DNA of 64,000 bases from the human T2T-CHM13v2.0 reference genome, Homo sapiens. The position numbers were made by a program, and so were the translations under genes. Positions 1-13,800 of this stretch are shown piece after piece. The notes below the pieces were generated by a model that made no database searches, had not been told where the DNA came from, and was given only the letters and a program-made list of their open reading frames with translations. The stretch lies in the NCBI RefSeq assembly GCF_009914755.1, contig NC_060948.1. One strand, written 5' to 3'. How positions within the stretch are numbered: position 1 is the stretch's first letter; the number at the start of each line of letters is the position of its first letter.

Positions 1-139
1 AAGAGAATGGAAACAAATGGAATGGAATTGAATGGAATGGAATTGAATGGAATGGGAACGAATGGAGTGAAATTGTATGCAGTAGAAGGGAATAGAATGG
101 AATGCAAGCGAAAGGAAAGGAATGGATTGGAATGGAATG

Positions 140-3100
140 GAATTCATTGGAATGGAAGGGAATGTAGTGTAATGGACAGGCCTGGAATAAAGTGGAATGC
201 TACGGTCTCGAATGGAATAAAAATGTATGGAATGGAATGCAATGAAACGGAATCGAATGTCATAGAATGTAATGGAATGCAAAAAAATGGAATCCAAAAT
301 CATTGACTGGAAAGGCTGGGTGTCGAAAGGAATTGACTCCAATGGAATGGAATCGAATGGAATGGAAGTGAATAGAATCGAACTAAACCGAATGGAATGG
401 AATTGATAGGAACGGAATGGAAAGGAATGCAATGAATTGGCATGGAATGGAATCGAATGGCATCGAATGGAATGGAATGGAATGCAATGGAATGGAATGT
501 ACTAGAATGTAATGAACTTTAATGGAATGTACTCGAATGGATTCGACTGGAATGGAATGTTCTGGAAGTGAATGGACTCCAATGGAATGGATTCAAAAGG
601 AATGGAATCGTACGGAATGGAATCTAATGGAATGGAATTAAATGGAAATGAATCAAATTGAATAGCTCGGAATTGAATTGAATGGAATGGAATGCAATGG
701 AATCTAATGAAACGGAAAGGAAAGGAATGGAATGGAATGGAATGGGCTGGAATGGAAAGGAATCGAAACGAATGGAATGGAATCGAACTGAAGAGACTGG
801 AATGGAATGCACTGGAATGGAAGAGAGTGTAATGGAAGGTTCTCGAAAAAAATGGAATCGAATGGAATGGAATTGAATGGAACGGAATAGAGTCGAATGG
901 AATTGAATGGAATGGAATGGACTAGAGTGAAATGGAATCGAACCACAAGGAATGGACAGGAATAGAATGGTCTCGAATTGAATGGAATCGTATGGAATGG
1001 CATCAAACGGAATGGAATGGACAGCCACGGAATGGAATGCACTCGAATGCAATGGAGTCGAAACTAATGGACTGGAATAGAATGGACTCGACTGGTACGG
1101 ACTCCAATGGAATGGAATCGAATGGAAGGGAATCGAACGGAATGGACTCGAAGGGAAAAGACTGCAATGGAAAGGTCTCGAATGGAATGGAAATTAATGG
1201 AATGGAATGGAATCGAATGAAATGGAGTCAAAAGGAATGGAATTGAATGGCAAGAAATCGAATGTAATGGAATCGCAAGGAATTGATGTGAACGGAACGG
1301 AATGGAATGGAATCCAAAGGAATGGAATAGAATGGAATGGAATCGAATGGAAAGGACTCGAATGGAAATCACTCGAATAGAATGCAATTTAATAAAATAG
1401 GATCAAATGTAATGGAATGGAATGGAAAGGAATCGAAACGAAAGGAATGGAGACAGATGGAATGGAATGGAACAGAGAGCAATGGTATAGAATGGAATGG
1501 AATCATCTGGAATGGAATTGAATGGAATGGAATAATATGAAATGGAATGGAATGGAATGGAATGGAATGCCCTTGAATTAAATGGACTGGAATGGAATGG
1601 ACTCGAACAGAGTGGAATGGAAAGTGTTGAGATAGAATGGAATGGACTCCTTTGGAATGGTGTAGTATGCAATGCAATCGACTGGCAGGGAATCAAAAGG
1701 AATGTAATCGAATGGATTGGACTGGAATGCAATGGACTCGAATAGATTGGAAACGGAATGCAAAGGAATGGAATGGAATAGTATGGAATGGAATGGAAAG
1801 GAATGGAGTGGAATAGACTAGAGTGGAATGGAATGGACTGGAAAGCAATGGACTGGAATGGAACTTTCTTGAATGGACTGGAATCAAACGGAATGGAATG
1901 CAATGCAATCAAATGGCATGGAATAAAATAGAATGAAAGAGAATCAAATGGAATTGAATCGAATGGAATCGAATGGATTGGAAAGGAATAGAATGGAATG
2001 GAATGGAATGGACTAGAATGGAATGGATTCGAATGGAAGGCAAAGGAATGGAATCTATTGGAATGGACTGTAATGGAATGGAATGGAAGGGATTGGAATG
2101 GACTCGAATGGAATGGACTGCAATAGAAAGGATTCGAATGGAATGAAAAAGAATTGAATGGAATAGAAAAGAATGGAATCAAATCGAATGAAATGGAATG
2201 GAATAGAAAGGAATGGAATGAAATGGAATGGAAAGGATTCGAATGGAATGCAATCGAATGGAATGGAATCGAACGGAATGGAATAAAATGGAAGAAAACT
2301 GGCAAGAAATGGAATCGAAATGAATGGAGTGTTATGGAACGGACTCAAAAGGAATTGAATGTAATAGAATGGAGTGGAGTGGACTCGAATATAATGGACT
2401 GGAATGGAATGAAATCACATGGAATGGGAACGAATGGAATGGAATGGAAAGGAATGGAATCGAATGGAAAGGAATCGAATGGAAGGGAATGAAATTGAAT
2501 CAACAGGAATGGAAGGGAATAGAATAGACGGTAATGGAATGGACTCGAATAGAATGGACACGAATGCTCAAATTGAATGGACTCCAATGGAATGGAAACG
2601 AAAGGAATGTCATCGAATAGAATTGAATCGACTGGAATGAAATCGCAAGAATGGAGTGGAATCAAATGGAATTGAATCGAAAGGAAAGGAAGCGAATGGA
2701 CTGAAATGAAATGGAATGGAATTGAATGGAAAGTAATGCAATGGAATAGAATGGAACGAAATTTCACGGAATGGAATCAAACTGAAAGGAATCAAATCAA
2801 TGGAATCTAATCAAATGGAATGGAAGGGAATTGAATGGAGTAGATTGGATTGGATGGGATTGGAGTGAAATGTACTGGAAAGGACTCGAATTTCATGAAA
2901 CGGAATGGAATGAATTGGAACGGAATGGACTCGAATGGAATGGAGTGTCATGGAATGGCATCAAATGGAATGGCATCAAATGGAATGGAATCGAATGCAA
3001 TGGAATGCTATGGAATGGAATGGAATGCATTGGAATGGAATGTCCTCTAATGGAATGGATTCGAGTGGAATGGAATCGAATATAATGGAGTCGAATGAAA

Positions 3101-3687
3101 TGGAATTGAAAGGAATGGGATCGAATACAATGGAATATACTGGAATGTAATGTAATGAACTCGAATGTAATTGACTGGAATGGAATGTACATGAATGGAA
3201 TGTAATCGAATGGAAAGTCATCCAATGGAATAGAATCTAATGCAATAAAATCGACTCAGATAGAGTAGAATGTAATGGAATGGAGTGCAGTACAATGGAA
3301 TGGAATGGAATGCAATGGAATGGAATGGAATGGAATGGAATGGAATGGAATGGGATGGAATGGGATGGAATGGTATGGAGTGGATAGTAATGGACTGGAG
3401 TGAAATGGACTGGAAAGGAATGGACTCAAATTGAAAGGGCTCGAAAGGAATGGAGTCAAATGGAATGGTCTGGAATGGAATGAACACGAATGTAATGCAA
3501 TCCAATAGAATGGAATCGAATGGCATGGAATATAAAGAAATGGAATCGAAGAGAATGGAAACAAATGGAATGGAATTGAATGGAATGGAATTGAATGGAA
3601 TGGGAACGAATGGAGTGAAATTGTATGCAGTAGAAGGGAATAGAATGGAATGCAAGCGAAAGGAAAGGAATGGATTGGAATGGAATG
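140..3687 (+). repeat. Unit 1 (3548 bp, EcoRI to EcoRI)
   Basis: GAATTC at 140 and 3688, GGCC at 179. Lacks the 15-bp module near 2000 and carries the 1-bp deletion at ~2647. Confidence 0.92.
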
Positions 3688-6600
3688 GAATTCATTGGAA
3701 TGGAAGGGAATGTAGTGTAATGGACAGGCCTGGAATAAAGTGGAATGCTACGGTCTCGAATGGAATAAAAATGTATGGAATGGAATGCAATGAAACGGAA
3801 TCGAATGTCATAGAATGTAATGGAATGCAAAAAAATGGAATCCAAAATCATTGACTGGAAAGGCTGGGTGTCGAAAGGAATTGACTCCAATGATATGGAA
3901 TCGAATGGAATGGAAGTGAATAGAATCGAACTAAATCGAATGGAATGGAATTGATAGGAACGGAATGGAAAGGAATGCAATGAATTGGCATGGAATGGAA
4001 TCGAATGGCATCGAATGGAATGGAATGGAATGCAATGGAATGGAATGTATTAGAATGTAATGAACTTTAATGGAATGTACTCGAATGGATTCGACTGGAA
4101 TGGAATGTTCTGGAAGTGAATGGACTCCAATGGAATGGATTCAAAAGGAATGGAATCGTACGGAATGGAATCTAATGGAATGGAATTAAATGGAAATGAA
4201 TCAAATTGAATAGCACGGAATTGAATTGAATGGAATGGAATGCAATGGAATCTAATGAAACGGAAAGGAAAGGAATGGAATGGAATGGAATGGGCTGGAA
4301 TGGAAAGGAATCGAAACGAATGGAATGGAATCGAACTGAAGAGACTGGAATGGAATGCACTGGAATGGAAGGGAGTGTAATGGAAGGTTCTCGAAAAAAA
4401 TGGAATCGAATGGAATGGAATTGAATGGAACGGAATAGAGTCGAATGGAATTGAATGGAATGGAATGGACTAGAGTGAAATGGAATCGAACCACAAGGAA
4501 TGGACAGGAATAGAATGGTCTCGAATTGAATGGAATCGTATGGAATGGCATCAAACGGAATGGAATGGACAGCCACGGAATGGAATGCACTCGAATGCAA
4601 TGGAGTCGAAACTAATGGACTGGAATAGAATGGACTCGACTGGTACGGACTCCAATGGAATGGAATCGAATGGAAGGGAATCGAACGGAATGGACTCGAA
4701 GGGAAAAGACTGCAATGGAAAGGTCTCGAAAGGAATGGAAATTAATGGAATGGAATGGAATCGAATGAAATGGAGTCAAAAGGAATGGAATCGAATGGCA
4801 AGAAATCGAATGTAATGGAATCGCAAGGAATTGATGTGAACGGAACGGAATGGAATGGAATCCAAAGGAATGGAATAGAATGGAATGGAATCGAATGGAA
4901 AGGACTCGAATGGAAATCACTCGAATAGAATGCAATTTAATAAAATAGGATCAAATGTAATGGAATGGAATGGAAAGGAATCGAAACGAAAGGAATGGAG
5001 ACAGATGGAATGGAATGGAACAGAGAGCAATGGTATAGAATGGAATGGAATCATCTGGAATGGAATTGAATGGAATGGAATAATATGAAATGGAATGGAA
5101 TGGAATGGAATGGAATGCCCTTGAATTAAATGGACTGGAATGGAATGGACTCGAACAGAGTGGAATGGAAAGTGTTGAGATAGAATGGAATGGACTCCTT
5201 TGGAATGGTGTAGTATGCAATGCAATCGACTGGCAGGGAATCAAAAGGAATGTAATGGAATGGATTGGACTGGAATGCAATGGACTCGAATAGATTGGAA
5301 ACGGAATGCAAAGGAATGGAATGGAATAGTATGGAATGGAATGGAAAGGAATGGAGTGGAATAGACTAGAGTGGAATGGAATGGACTGGAAAGCAATGGA
5401 CTGGAATGGAACTTTCTTGAATGGACTGGAATCAAACGGAATGGAATGCAATGCAATCAAATGGCATGGAATAAAATAGAATGAAAGAGAATCAAATGGA
5501 ATTGAATCGAATGGAATCGAATGGATTGGAAAGGAATAGAATGGAATGGAATGGAATTGACTCGAATGGAATGGACTAGAATGGAATGGATTCGAATGGA
5601 AGGCAAAGGAATGGAATCTATTGGAATGGACTGTAATGGAATGGAATGGAAAGGATTGGAATGGACTCGAATGGAATGGACTGCAATAGAAAGGATTCGA
5701 ATGGAATGAAAAAGAATTGAATGGAATAGAACAGAATGGAATCAAATCGAATGAAATGGAATGGAATAGAAAGGAATGGAATGAAATGGAATGGAAAGGA
5801 TTCGAATGGAATGCAATCGAATGGAATGGAATCGAACGGAATGGAATAAAATGGAAGAAAACTGGCAAGAAATGGAATCGAAATGAATGGAGTGTTATGG
5901 AACGGACTCAAAAGGAATTGAATGTAATAGAATGGAGTGGAGTGGACTCGAATATAATGGAATGGAATGGAATGAAATCACAAGGAATGGGAACGAATGG
6001 AATGGAATGGAAAGGAATGGAATCGAATGGAAAGGAATCGAATGGAAGGGAATGAAATTGAATCAACAGGAATGGAAGGGAATAGAATAGACGGTAATGG
6101 AATGGACTCGAATAGAATGGACACGAATGCTCAAATTGAATGGACTCGAATGGAATGGAAACGAAAGGAATGTCATCGAATGGAATTGAATGGATTGGAA
6201 TGAAATCGCATGGAATGGAGTGGAATCAAATGGAATTGAATCGAAAGGAAAGGAAGCGAATGGACTGAAATGAAATGGAATGGAATTGAATGGAAAGTAA
6301 TGCAATGGAATAGAATGGAACGAAATTTCACGGAATGGAATCAAACTGAATGGAATCAAATCAATGGAATCAAATCAAATGGAATGGAAAGGAATTGAAT
6401 GGAGTAGATTGGATTGGATGGGATTGGAATGAAATGTACTGGAAAGGACTCGAATTTCATGAAACGGAATGGAATGAATTGGAACGGAATGGACTCGAAT
6501 GGAATGGAATGTCATGGAATGGCATCAAATGGAATGGCATCAAATGGAATGGAATCGAATGCAATGGAATGCTATGGAATGGAATGGAATGCATTGGAAT

Positions 6601-7256
6601 GGAATGTCCTCTAATGGAATGGATTCGAGTGGAATGGAATCGAATATAATGGAGTCGAATGAAATGGAATTGAAAGGAGTGGGATCGAATACAATGGAAT
6701 ATACTGGAATGTAATGTAATGAACTCGAATGTAATTGACTGGAATGGAATGTACATGAATGGAATGTAATCGAATGGAAAGTCATCCAATGGAATAGAAT
6801 CTAATGCAATAAAACCGACTCAGATAGAGTAGAATGTAATGGAATGGAGTGCAGTGCAATGGAATGGAATGGAATGGAAGGCAATGGAATGGAATGGAAT
6901 GGAATGGAATGGAATGGAATGGAATGGAATGGGATGGAATGGGATGGAATGGATAGTAATGGACTGGAGTGAAATGGACTGGAAAGGAATGGACTCAAAT
7001 TGAAAGGGCTCGAAAGGAATGGAGTCAAATGGAATGGTCTGGAATGGAATGAACACGAATGTAATGCAATCCAATAGAATGGAATCGAATGGCATGGAAT
7101 ATAAAGAAATGGAATCGAAGAGAATGGAAACAAATGGAATGGAATTGAATGGAATGGAATTGAATGGAATGGGAACGAATGGAGTGAAATTGTATGCAGT
7201 AGAAGGGAATAGAATGGAATGCAAGCGAAAGGAAAGGAATGGATTGGAATGGAATG
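3688..7256 (+). repeat. Unit 2 (3569 bp)
   Basis: GAATTC at 3688 and 7257. Markers tgatatgg (3891) and ggaaggcaat (~6878). Confidence 0.92.
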
Positions 7257-10200
7257 GAATTCATTGGAATGGAAGGGAATGTAGTGTAATGGACAGGCCT
7301 GGAATAAAGTGGAATGCTACGGTCTCGAATGGAATAAAAATGTATGGAATGGAATGCAATGAAACGGAATCGAATGTCATAGAATGTAATGGAATGCAAA
7401 AAAATGGAATCCTAAATCATTGACTGGAAAGGCTGGGTGTCGAAAGGAATTGACTCCAATGGAATGGAATCGAATGGAATGGAAGTGAATAGAATCGAAC
7501 TAAATCGAATGGAATGGAATTGATAGGAACGGAATGGAAAGGAATGCAATGATTTGGCATGGAATGGAATCGAATGGCATCGAATGGAATGGAATGGAAT
7601 GCAATGGAATGGAATGTATTAGAATGTAATGAACTTTAATGGAATGTACTCGAATGGATTCGACTGGAATGGAATGTTCTGGAAGTGAATGGACTCCAAT
7701 GGAATGGATTCAAAAGGAATGGAATCGTACGGAATGGAATCTAATGGAATGGAATTAAATGGAAATGAATCAAATTGAATAGCACGGAATTGAATTGAAT
7801 GGAATGGAATGCAATGGAATCTAATGAAACGGAAAGGAAAGGAATGGAATGGAATGGAAAGGGCTGGAATGGAAAGGAATCGAAACGAATGGAATGGAAT
7901 CGAACTGAAGAGACTGGAATGGAATGCACTGGAATGGAAGGGAGTGTAATGGAAGGTTCTCGAAAAAAATGGAATCGAATGGAATGGAATTGAATGGAAC
8001 GGAATAGAGTCGAATGGGATTGAATGGAATGGAATGGACTAGAGTGAAATGGAATCGAACCACAAGGAATGGACAGGAATAGAATGGTCTCGAATTGAAT
8101 GGAATCGTATGGAATGGCATCAAACGGAATGGAATGGACAGCCACGGAATGGAATGCACTCGAATGCAATGGAGTCGAAACTAATGGACTGGAATAGAAT
8201 GGACTCGACTGGTACGGACTCCAATGGAATGGAATCGAATGGAAGGGAATCGAACGGAATGGACTCGAAGGGAAAAGACTGCAATGGAAAGGTCTCGAAT
8301 GGAATGGAAATTAATGGAATGGAATGGAATCGAATGAAATGGAGTCAAAAGGAATGGAATCGAATGGCAAGAAATCGAATGTAATGGAATCGCAAGGAAT
8401 TGATGTGAACGGAACGGAATGGAATGGAATCCAAAGGAATGGAATAGAATGGAATGGAATCGAATGGAAAGGACTCGAATGGAAATCACTCGAATAGAAT
8501 GCAATTTAATAAAATAGGATCAAATGTAATGGAATGGAATGGAAAGGAATCGAAACGAAAGGAATGGAGACAGATGGAATGGAATGGAACAGAGAGCAAT
8601 GGTATAGAATGGAATGGAATCATCTGGAATGGAATTGAATGGAATGGAATAATATGAAATGGAATGGAATGGAATGGAATGGAATGGAATGGAATGCCCT
8701 TGAATTAAATGGACTGGAATGGAATGGACTCGAACAGAGTGGAATGGAAAGTGTTGAGATAGAATGCAATGGACTCCTTCGGAATGGTCTAGTATGCAAT
8801 GCAATCGACTGGCAGGGAATCAAAAGGAATGTAATCGAATGGATTGGACTGGAATGCAGTGGACTCGAATAGATTGGAAACGGAATGCAAAGGAATGGAA
8901 TGGAATAGTATGGAATGGAATGGAAAGGAATGGAGTGGAATAGACTAGAGTGGAATGGAATGGACTGGAAAGCAATGGACTGGAATGGAACTTTCTTGAA
9001 TGGACTGGAATCAAACGGAATGGAATGCAATGCAATCAAATGGCATGGAATAAAATAGAATGAAAGAGAATCAAATGGAATTGAATCGAATGGAATCGAA
9101 TGGATTGGAAAGGAATAGAATGGAATGCAATGGAATGGACTAGAATGGAATGGAGTAGAATGGAATGGATTCGAATGGAAGGCAAAGGAATGGAATCTAT
9201 TGGAATGGACTGTAATGGAATGGAATGGAAGGGATTGGAATGGACTCGAATGGAATGGACTGCAATAGAAAGGATTCGAATGGAATGAAAAAGAATTGAA
9301 TGGAATAGAACAGAATGGAATCAAATCGAATGAAATGGAATGGAATAGAAAGGAATGGAATGAAATGGAATGGAAAGGATTCGAATGGAATGCAATCGAA
9401 TGGAATGGAATCGAACGGAATGGAATAAAATGGAAGAAAACTGGCAAGAAATGGAATCGAAATGAATGGAGTGTTATGGAACGGACTCAAAAGGAATTGA
9501 ATGTAATAGAATGGAGTGGAGTGGACTCGAATATAATGGACTGGAATGGAATGAAATCACATGGAATGGGAACGAATGGAATGGAATGGAAAGGAATGGA
9601 ATCGAATGGAAAGGAATCGAATGGAAGGGAATGAAATTGAATCAACAGGAATGGAAGGGAATAGAATAGACGGTAATGGAATGGACTCGAATAGAATGGA
9701 CACGAATGCTCAAATTGAATGGACTCCAATGGAATGGAAACGAAAGGAATGTCATCGAATAGAATTGAATCGATTGGAATGAAATCGCAAGAATGGAGTG
9801 GAATCAAATGGAATTGAATCGAAAGGAAAGGAAGCGAATGGACTGAAATGAAATGGAATGGAATTGAATGGAAAGTAATGCAATGGAATAGAATGGAACG
9901 AAATTTCACGGAATGGAATCAAACTGAAAGGAATCAAATCAATGGAATCTAATCAAATGGAATGGAAGGGAATTGAATGGAGTAGATTGGATTGGATGGG
10001 ATTGGAGTGAAATGTACTGGAAAGGACTCGAATTTCATGAAACGGAATGGAATGAATTGGAACGGAATGGACTCGAATGGAATGGAATGTCATGGAATGG
10101 CATCAAATGGAATGGCATCAAATGGAATGGAATCGAATGCAATGGAATGCTATGGAATGGAATGGAATGCATTGGAATGGAATGTCCTCTAATGGAATGG

Positions 10201-10834
10201 ATTCGAGTGGAATGGAATCGAATATAATGGAGTCGAATGAAAGGGAATTGAAAGGAATGGGATCGAATACAATGGAATATACTGGAATGTAATGTAATGA
10301 ACTCGAATGTAATTGACTGGAATGGAATGTACATGAATGGAATGTAATCGAATGGAAAGTAATCCAATGGAATAGAATCTAATGCAATAAAATCGACTCA
10401 GATAGAGTAGAATGTAATGGAATGGAGTGCAGTACAATGGAATGGAATGGAATGCAATGGAATGGAATGGAATGGAATGGAATGGAATGGAATGGAATGG
10501 GATGGAATGGGATGGAATGGTATGGAATGGATAGTAATGGACTGGAGTGAAATGGACTGGAAAGGAATGGACTCAAATTGAAAGGGCTCGAAAGGAATGG
10601 AGTCAAATGGAATGGTCTGGAATGGAATGAACACGAATGTAATGCAATCCAATAGAATGGAATCGAATGGCATGGAATATAAAGAAATGGAATCGAAGAG
10701 AATGGAAACAAATGGAATGGAATTGAATGGAATGGAATTGAATGGAATGGGAACGAATGGAGTGAAATTGTATGCAGTAGAAGGGAATAGAATGGAATGC
10801 AAGCGAAAGGAAAGGAATGGATTGGAATGGAATG
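7257..10834 (+). repeat. Unit 3 (3578 bp), first half of dimer copy 1
   Basis: GAATTC at 7257 and 10835. Markers cctaaatc, gaatgggattg, ccttcgg and the 1-bp deletion. Confidence 0.92.
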
Positions 10835-13800
10835 GAATTCATTGGAATGGAAGGGAATGTAGTGTAATGGACAGGCCTGGAATAAAGTGGAATGCTACGG
10901 TCTCGAATGGAATAAAAATGTATGGAATGGAATGCAATGAAACGGAATCGAATGTCATAGAATGTAATGGAATGCAAAAAAATGGAATCCAAAATCATTG
11001 ACTGGAAAGGCTGGGTGTCGAAAGGAATTGACTCCAATGGAATGGAATCGAATGGAATGGAAGTGAATAGAATCGAACTAAACCGAATGGAATGGAATTG
11101 ATAGGAACGGAATGGAAAGGAATGCAATGAATTGGCATGGAATGGAATCGAATGGCATCGAATGGAATGGAATGGAATGCAATGGAATGGAATGTACTAG
11201 AATGTAATGAACTTTAATGGAATGTACTCGAATGGATTCGACTGGAATGGAATGTTCTGGAAGTGAATGGACTCCAATGGAATGGATTCAAAAGGAATGG
11301 AATCGTACGGAATGGAATCTAATGGAATGGAATTAAATGGAAATGAATCAAATTGAATAGCTCGGAATTGAATTGAATGGAATGGAATGCAATGGAATCT
11401 AATGAAACGGAAAGGAAAGGAATGGAATGGAATGGAATGGGCTGGAATGGAAAGGAATCGAAACGAATGGAATGGAATCGAACTGATGAGACTGGAATGG
11501 AATGCACTGGAATGGAAGAGAGTGTAATGGAAGGTTCTCGAAAAAAATGGAATCGAATGGAATGGAATTGAATGGAACGGAATAGAGTCGAATGGAATTG
11601 AATGGAATGGAATGGACTAGAGTGAAATGGAATCGAACCACAAGGAATGGACAGGAATAGAATGGTCTCGAATTGAATGGAATCGTATGGAATGGCATCA
11701 AACGGAATGGAATGGACAGCCACGGAATGGAATGCACTCGAATGCAATGGAGTCGAAACTAATGGACTGGAATAGAATGGACTCGACTGGTACGGACTCC
11801 AATGGAATGGAATCGAATGGAAGGGAATCGAACGGAATGGACTCGAAGGGAAAAGACTGCAATGGAAAGGTCTCGAATGGAATGGAAATTAATGGAATGG
11901 AATGGAATCGAATGAAATGGAGTCAAAAGGAATGGAATCGAATGGCAAGAAATCGAATGTAATGGAATCGCAAGGAATTGATGTGAACGGAACGGAATGG
12001 AATGGAATCCAAAGGAATGGAATAGAATGGAATGGAATCGAATGGAAAGGACTCGAATGGAAATCACTCGAATAGAATGCAATTTAATAAAATAGGATCA
12101 AATGTAATGGAATGGAATGGAAAGGAATCGAAACGAAAGGAATGGAGACAGATGGAATGGAATGGAACAGAGAGCAATGGTATAGAATGGAATGGAATCA
12201 TCTGGAATGGAATTGAATGGAATGGAATAATATGAAATGGAATGGAATGGAATGGAATGGAATGCCCTTGAATTAAATGGACTGGAATGGAATGGACTCG
12301 AACAGAGTGGAATGGAAAGTGTTGAGATAGAATGGAATGGACTCCTTTGGAATGGTGTAGTATGCAATGCAATCGACTGGCAGGGAATCAAAAGGAATGT
12401 AATCGAATGGATTGGACTGGAATGCAATGGACTCGAATAGATTGGAAACGGAATGCAAAGGAATGGAATGGAATAGTATGGAATGGAATGGAAAGGAATG
12501 GAGTGGAATAGACTAGAGTGGAATGGAATGGACTGGAAAGCAATGGACTGGAATGGAACTTTCTTGAATGGACTGGAATCAAACGGAATGGAATGCAATG
12601 CAATCAAATGGCATGGAATAAAATAGAATGAAAGAGAATCAAATGGAATTGAATCGAATGGAATCGAATGGATTGGAAAGGAATAGAATGGAATGGAATG
12701 GAATGGACTAGAATGGAATGGATTCGAATGGAAGGCAAAGGAATGGAATCTATTGGAATGGACTGTAATGGAATGGAATGGAAGGGATTGGAATGGACTC
12801 GAATGGAATGGACTGCAATAGAAAGGATTCGAATGGAATGAAAAAGAATTGAATGGAATAGAACAGAATGGAATCAAATCGAATGAAATGGAATGGAATA
12901 GAAAGGAATGGAATGAAATGGAATGGAAAGGATTCGAATGGAATGCAATCGAATGGAATGGAATCGAACGGAATGGAATAAAATGGAAGAAAACTGGCAA
13001 GAAATGGAATCGAAATGAATGGAGTGTTATGGAACGGACTCAAAAGGAATTGAATGTAATAGAATGGAGTGGAGTGGACTCGAATATAATGGACTGGAAT
13101 GGAATGAAATCACAAGGAATGGGAACGAATGGAATGGAATGGAAAGGAATGGAATCGAATGGAAAGGAATCGAATGGAAGGGAATGAAATTGAATCAACA
13201 GGAATGGAAGGGAATAGAATAGACGGTAATGGAATGGACTCGAATAGAATGGACACGAATGCTCAAATTGAATGGACTCGAATGGAATGGAAACGAAAGG
13301 AATGTCATCGAATGGAATTGAATGGATTGGAATGAAATCGCATAGAATGGAGTGGAATCAAATGGAATTGAATCGAAAGGAAAGGAAGCGAATGGACTGA
13401 AATGAAATGGAATGGAATTGAATGGAAAGTAATGCAATGGAATAGAATGGAACGAAATTTCACGTAATGGAATCAAACTGAATGGAATCAAATCAATGGA
13501 ATCAAATCAAATGGAATGGAAAGGAATTGAATGGAGTAGATTGGATTGGATGGGATTGGAATGAAATGTACTGGAAAGGACTCGAATTTCATGAAACGGA
13601 ATGGAATGAATTGGAACGGAATGGACTCGAATGGAATGGAATGTCATGGAATGGCATCAAATGGAATGGCATCAAATGGAATGGAATCGAATGCAATGGA
13701 ATGCTATGGAATGGAATGGAATGCATTGGAATGGAATGTCCTCTAATGGAATGGATTCGAGTGGAATGGAATCGAATATAATGGAGTCGAATGAAATGGA

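Noticed and set aside
1385-1400. AT-rich tttaataaaata as a TATA box or promoter
   Set aside because: It is a short AT patch explained by diverged in-register pentamers, with no other promoter evidence.
2803-2813. GAATCTAATCA resembling a DUX4 site in some units
   Set aside because: It mismatches the first base of the TAAT core and such near-matches are expected by chance in AATC-rich satellite.
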